Assembly: GCA_963783305.1 (NCBI GenBank)
Contig: CAWAMW010000016.1
Location: forward strand, 288,001-352,000
DNA: 64,000 bases
Direction: 5' to 3'
Source of the DNA: an uncultured Gemmatimonadales bacterium
Lineage (GTDB): Bacteria > Gemmatimonadota > Gemmatimonadetes > Longimicrobiales > RSA9
Below the pieces are notes generated by a model. That model was not told where the DNA came from and ran no database searches. It worked only from the letters and a program-made list of their open reading frames with translations. Below, one piece after another: positions 63,133 through 64,000 of this stretch; the first letter of the stretch is position 1; each line of letters begins with the position of its first letter. The translations under genes and the position numbers were made by a program.

Positions 63133-64000
63133 TCAGCTGCCGGGCGCCGTGCTGCTCGACTCCTTCATGGTCACGCTGGCGCGCGGGATCCGGGCCGGTT
63201 CCGTCACCAGGAACGCCTCGCGTACGATCCGGGCCTGCTGCGCGTCGTGGGCCTTCTTGTAGCCCTCCGCGGGACTGGCTCGCTCCGGCCGCCCCACGTA
63301 GCCCACCGTCTGAGCGTCCGTCGCAATGTGCTGGAGCCACGGCCGCACGTACGTCCAGGCGCCCATGTTCGCCGGCTCCTCCTGCGTCCAGACCAGCTCA
63401 CGCGCCTCCGGGTACTCCTCCAGGATGGAGCGTAGCCTGTCCTCGGGGAAAGGATAGAGCTGCTCCACCCGCACCACCGCCACCCCTTCCGACGACGCGC
63501 GCGCCTCACTCCCCACCAGGTCGTAGTAGACCTTACCGGAGCAGAGCACGACCCTTCGGACGCGGTCGGCTCGTTCCCGGGCCTCCGTGTCGTCGAGAGC
63601 GAGACGGAACCTGCCCTCGGTCAGATCGTCGGCCGTGGAAGTGGCCCGCGGGTGTCGGAGCAGGCTCTTCGGGGTCATCAGGACGAGCGGCCGGATCTCC
63701 TCCAGGAGCGCCTGCCGCCGGAGCATGTGGAAGTACTGTGCGGGGGTCGAGCAGTTGGCCACGCGCATGTTGTCCTCGGCCGACAGCTGCAGGAACCGCT
63801 CGAGCCGCGCACTGGAGTGTTCAGGCCCCTGACCTTCGTAGCCGTGGGGAAGGAGAAGGACGAGCCGGCTCTCCTGTCCCCACTTCGCGCGTCCGGAAGC
63901 GAGGAACTGGTCGAGGATGACTTCCGCACCGTTGACAAAGTCACCGAACTGGGCTTCCCAGAGGACGAGGGAATCCCGCGCGGCGGTGCTGTAGCCGTAC
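63133..64000 (-). CDS. sucA: 2-oxoglutarate dehydrogenase E1 component, 3' part (runs off the window)
   Basis: WEAQFGDFVN, PHGYEGQGPEHSSARLER, TPKSLLR, SGKVYYDL, QEEPANMGAW. Confidence 0.95.
   Translation of the reverse strand, partial: YGYSTAARDSLVLWEAQFGDFVNGAEVILDQFLASGRAKWGQESRLVLLLPHGYEGQGPEHSSARLERFLQLSAEDNMRVANCSTPAQYFHMLRRQALLEEIRPLVLMTPKSLLRHPRATSTADDLTEGRFRLALDDTEARERADRVRRVVLCSGKVYYDLVGSEARASSEGVAVVRVEQLYPFPEDRLRSILEEYPEARELVWTQEEPANMGAWTYVRPWLQHIATDAQTVGYVGRPERASPAEGYKKAHDAQQARIVREAFLVTEPARIPRASVTMKESSSTAPGS

Overview
GC-rich bacterial chromosomal segment. The gene content (alpha2-type GlyRS, a PadR/ADOP-type permease pair, many lineage-type hypothetical proteins) suggests Gemmatimonadota, by inference only. 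Most of the window is housekeeping: lspA, mlaEFD, glyQS, polX-nth, glgX, ndh, nuoB, carB, priA, queD, trpS, fliA/whiG-type and ECF sigma factors, and the 3' end of sucA. No rRNA, tRNA, CRISPR array, integrase or transposase was seen. The most interesting part is a ~7 kb island (15684-22663) bracketed by two diverged copies of the 3' 171 bp of an HD-domain gene. It carries a split CxxC thiol-disulfide oxidoreductase and a translationally coupled four-gene operon. That operon encodes an 82-aa secreted, acidic, 8-Cys peptide with cysteine-stabilised alpha/beta (defensin-type) spacing, a DUF4876-like lipoprotein, a TonB-dependent receptor and a DUF6850-like outer-membrane barrel. Other notable items: (1) a four-helix-bundle (23S rRNA IVP-like) gene enclosed by long inverted repeats and short tandem arrays, starting at the glyQS stop codon; (2) a catalytically degenerate PolX-PHP gene with a 1-nt frameshift that puts its 5' half in frame with nth; (3) an unannotated 38-aa MetS-like membrane peptide upstream of carB; (4) orphan gvpL/F and nuoB genes; (5) several intergenic repeat families. 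All family assignments come from motif recognition by eye; no database searches were run.
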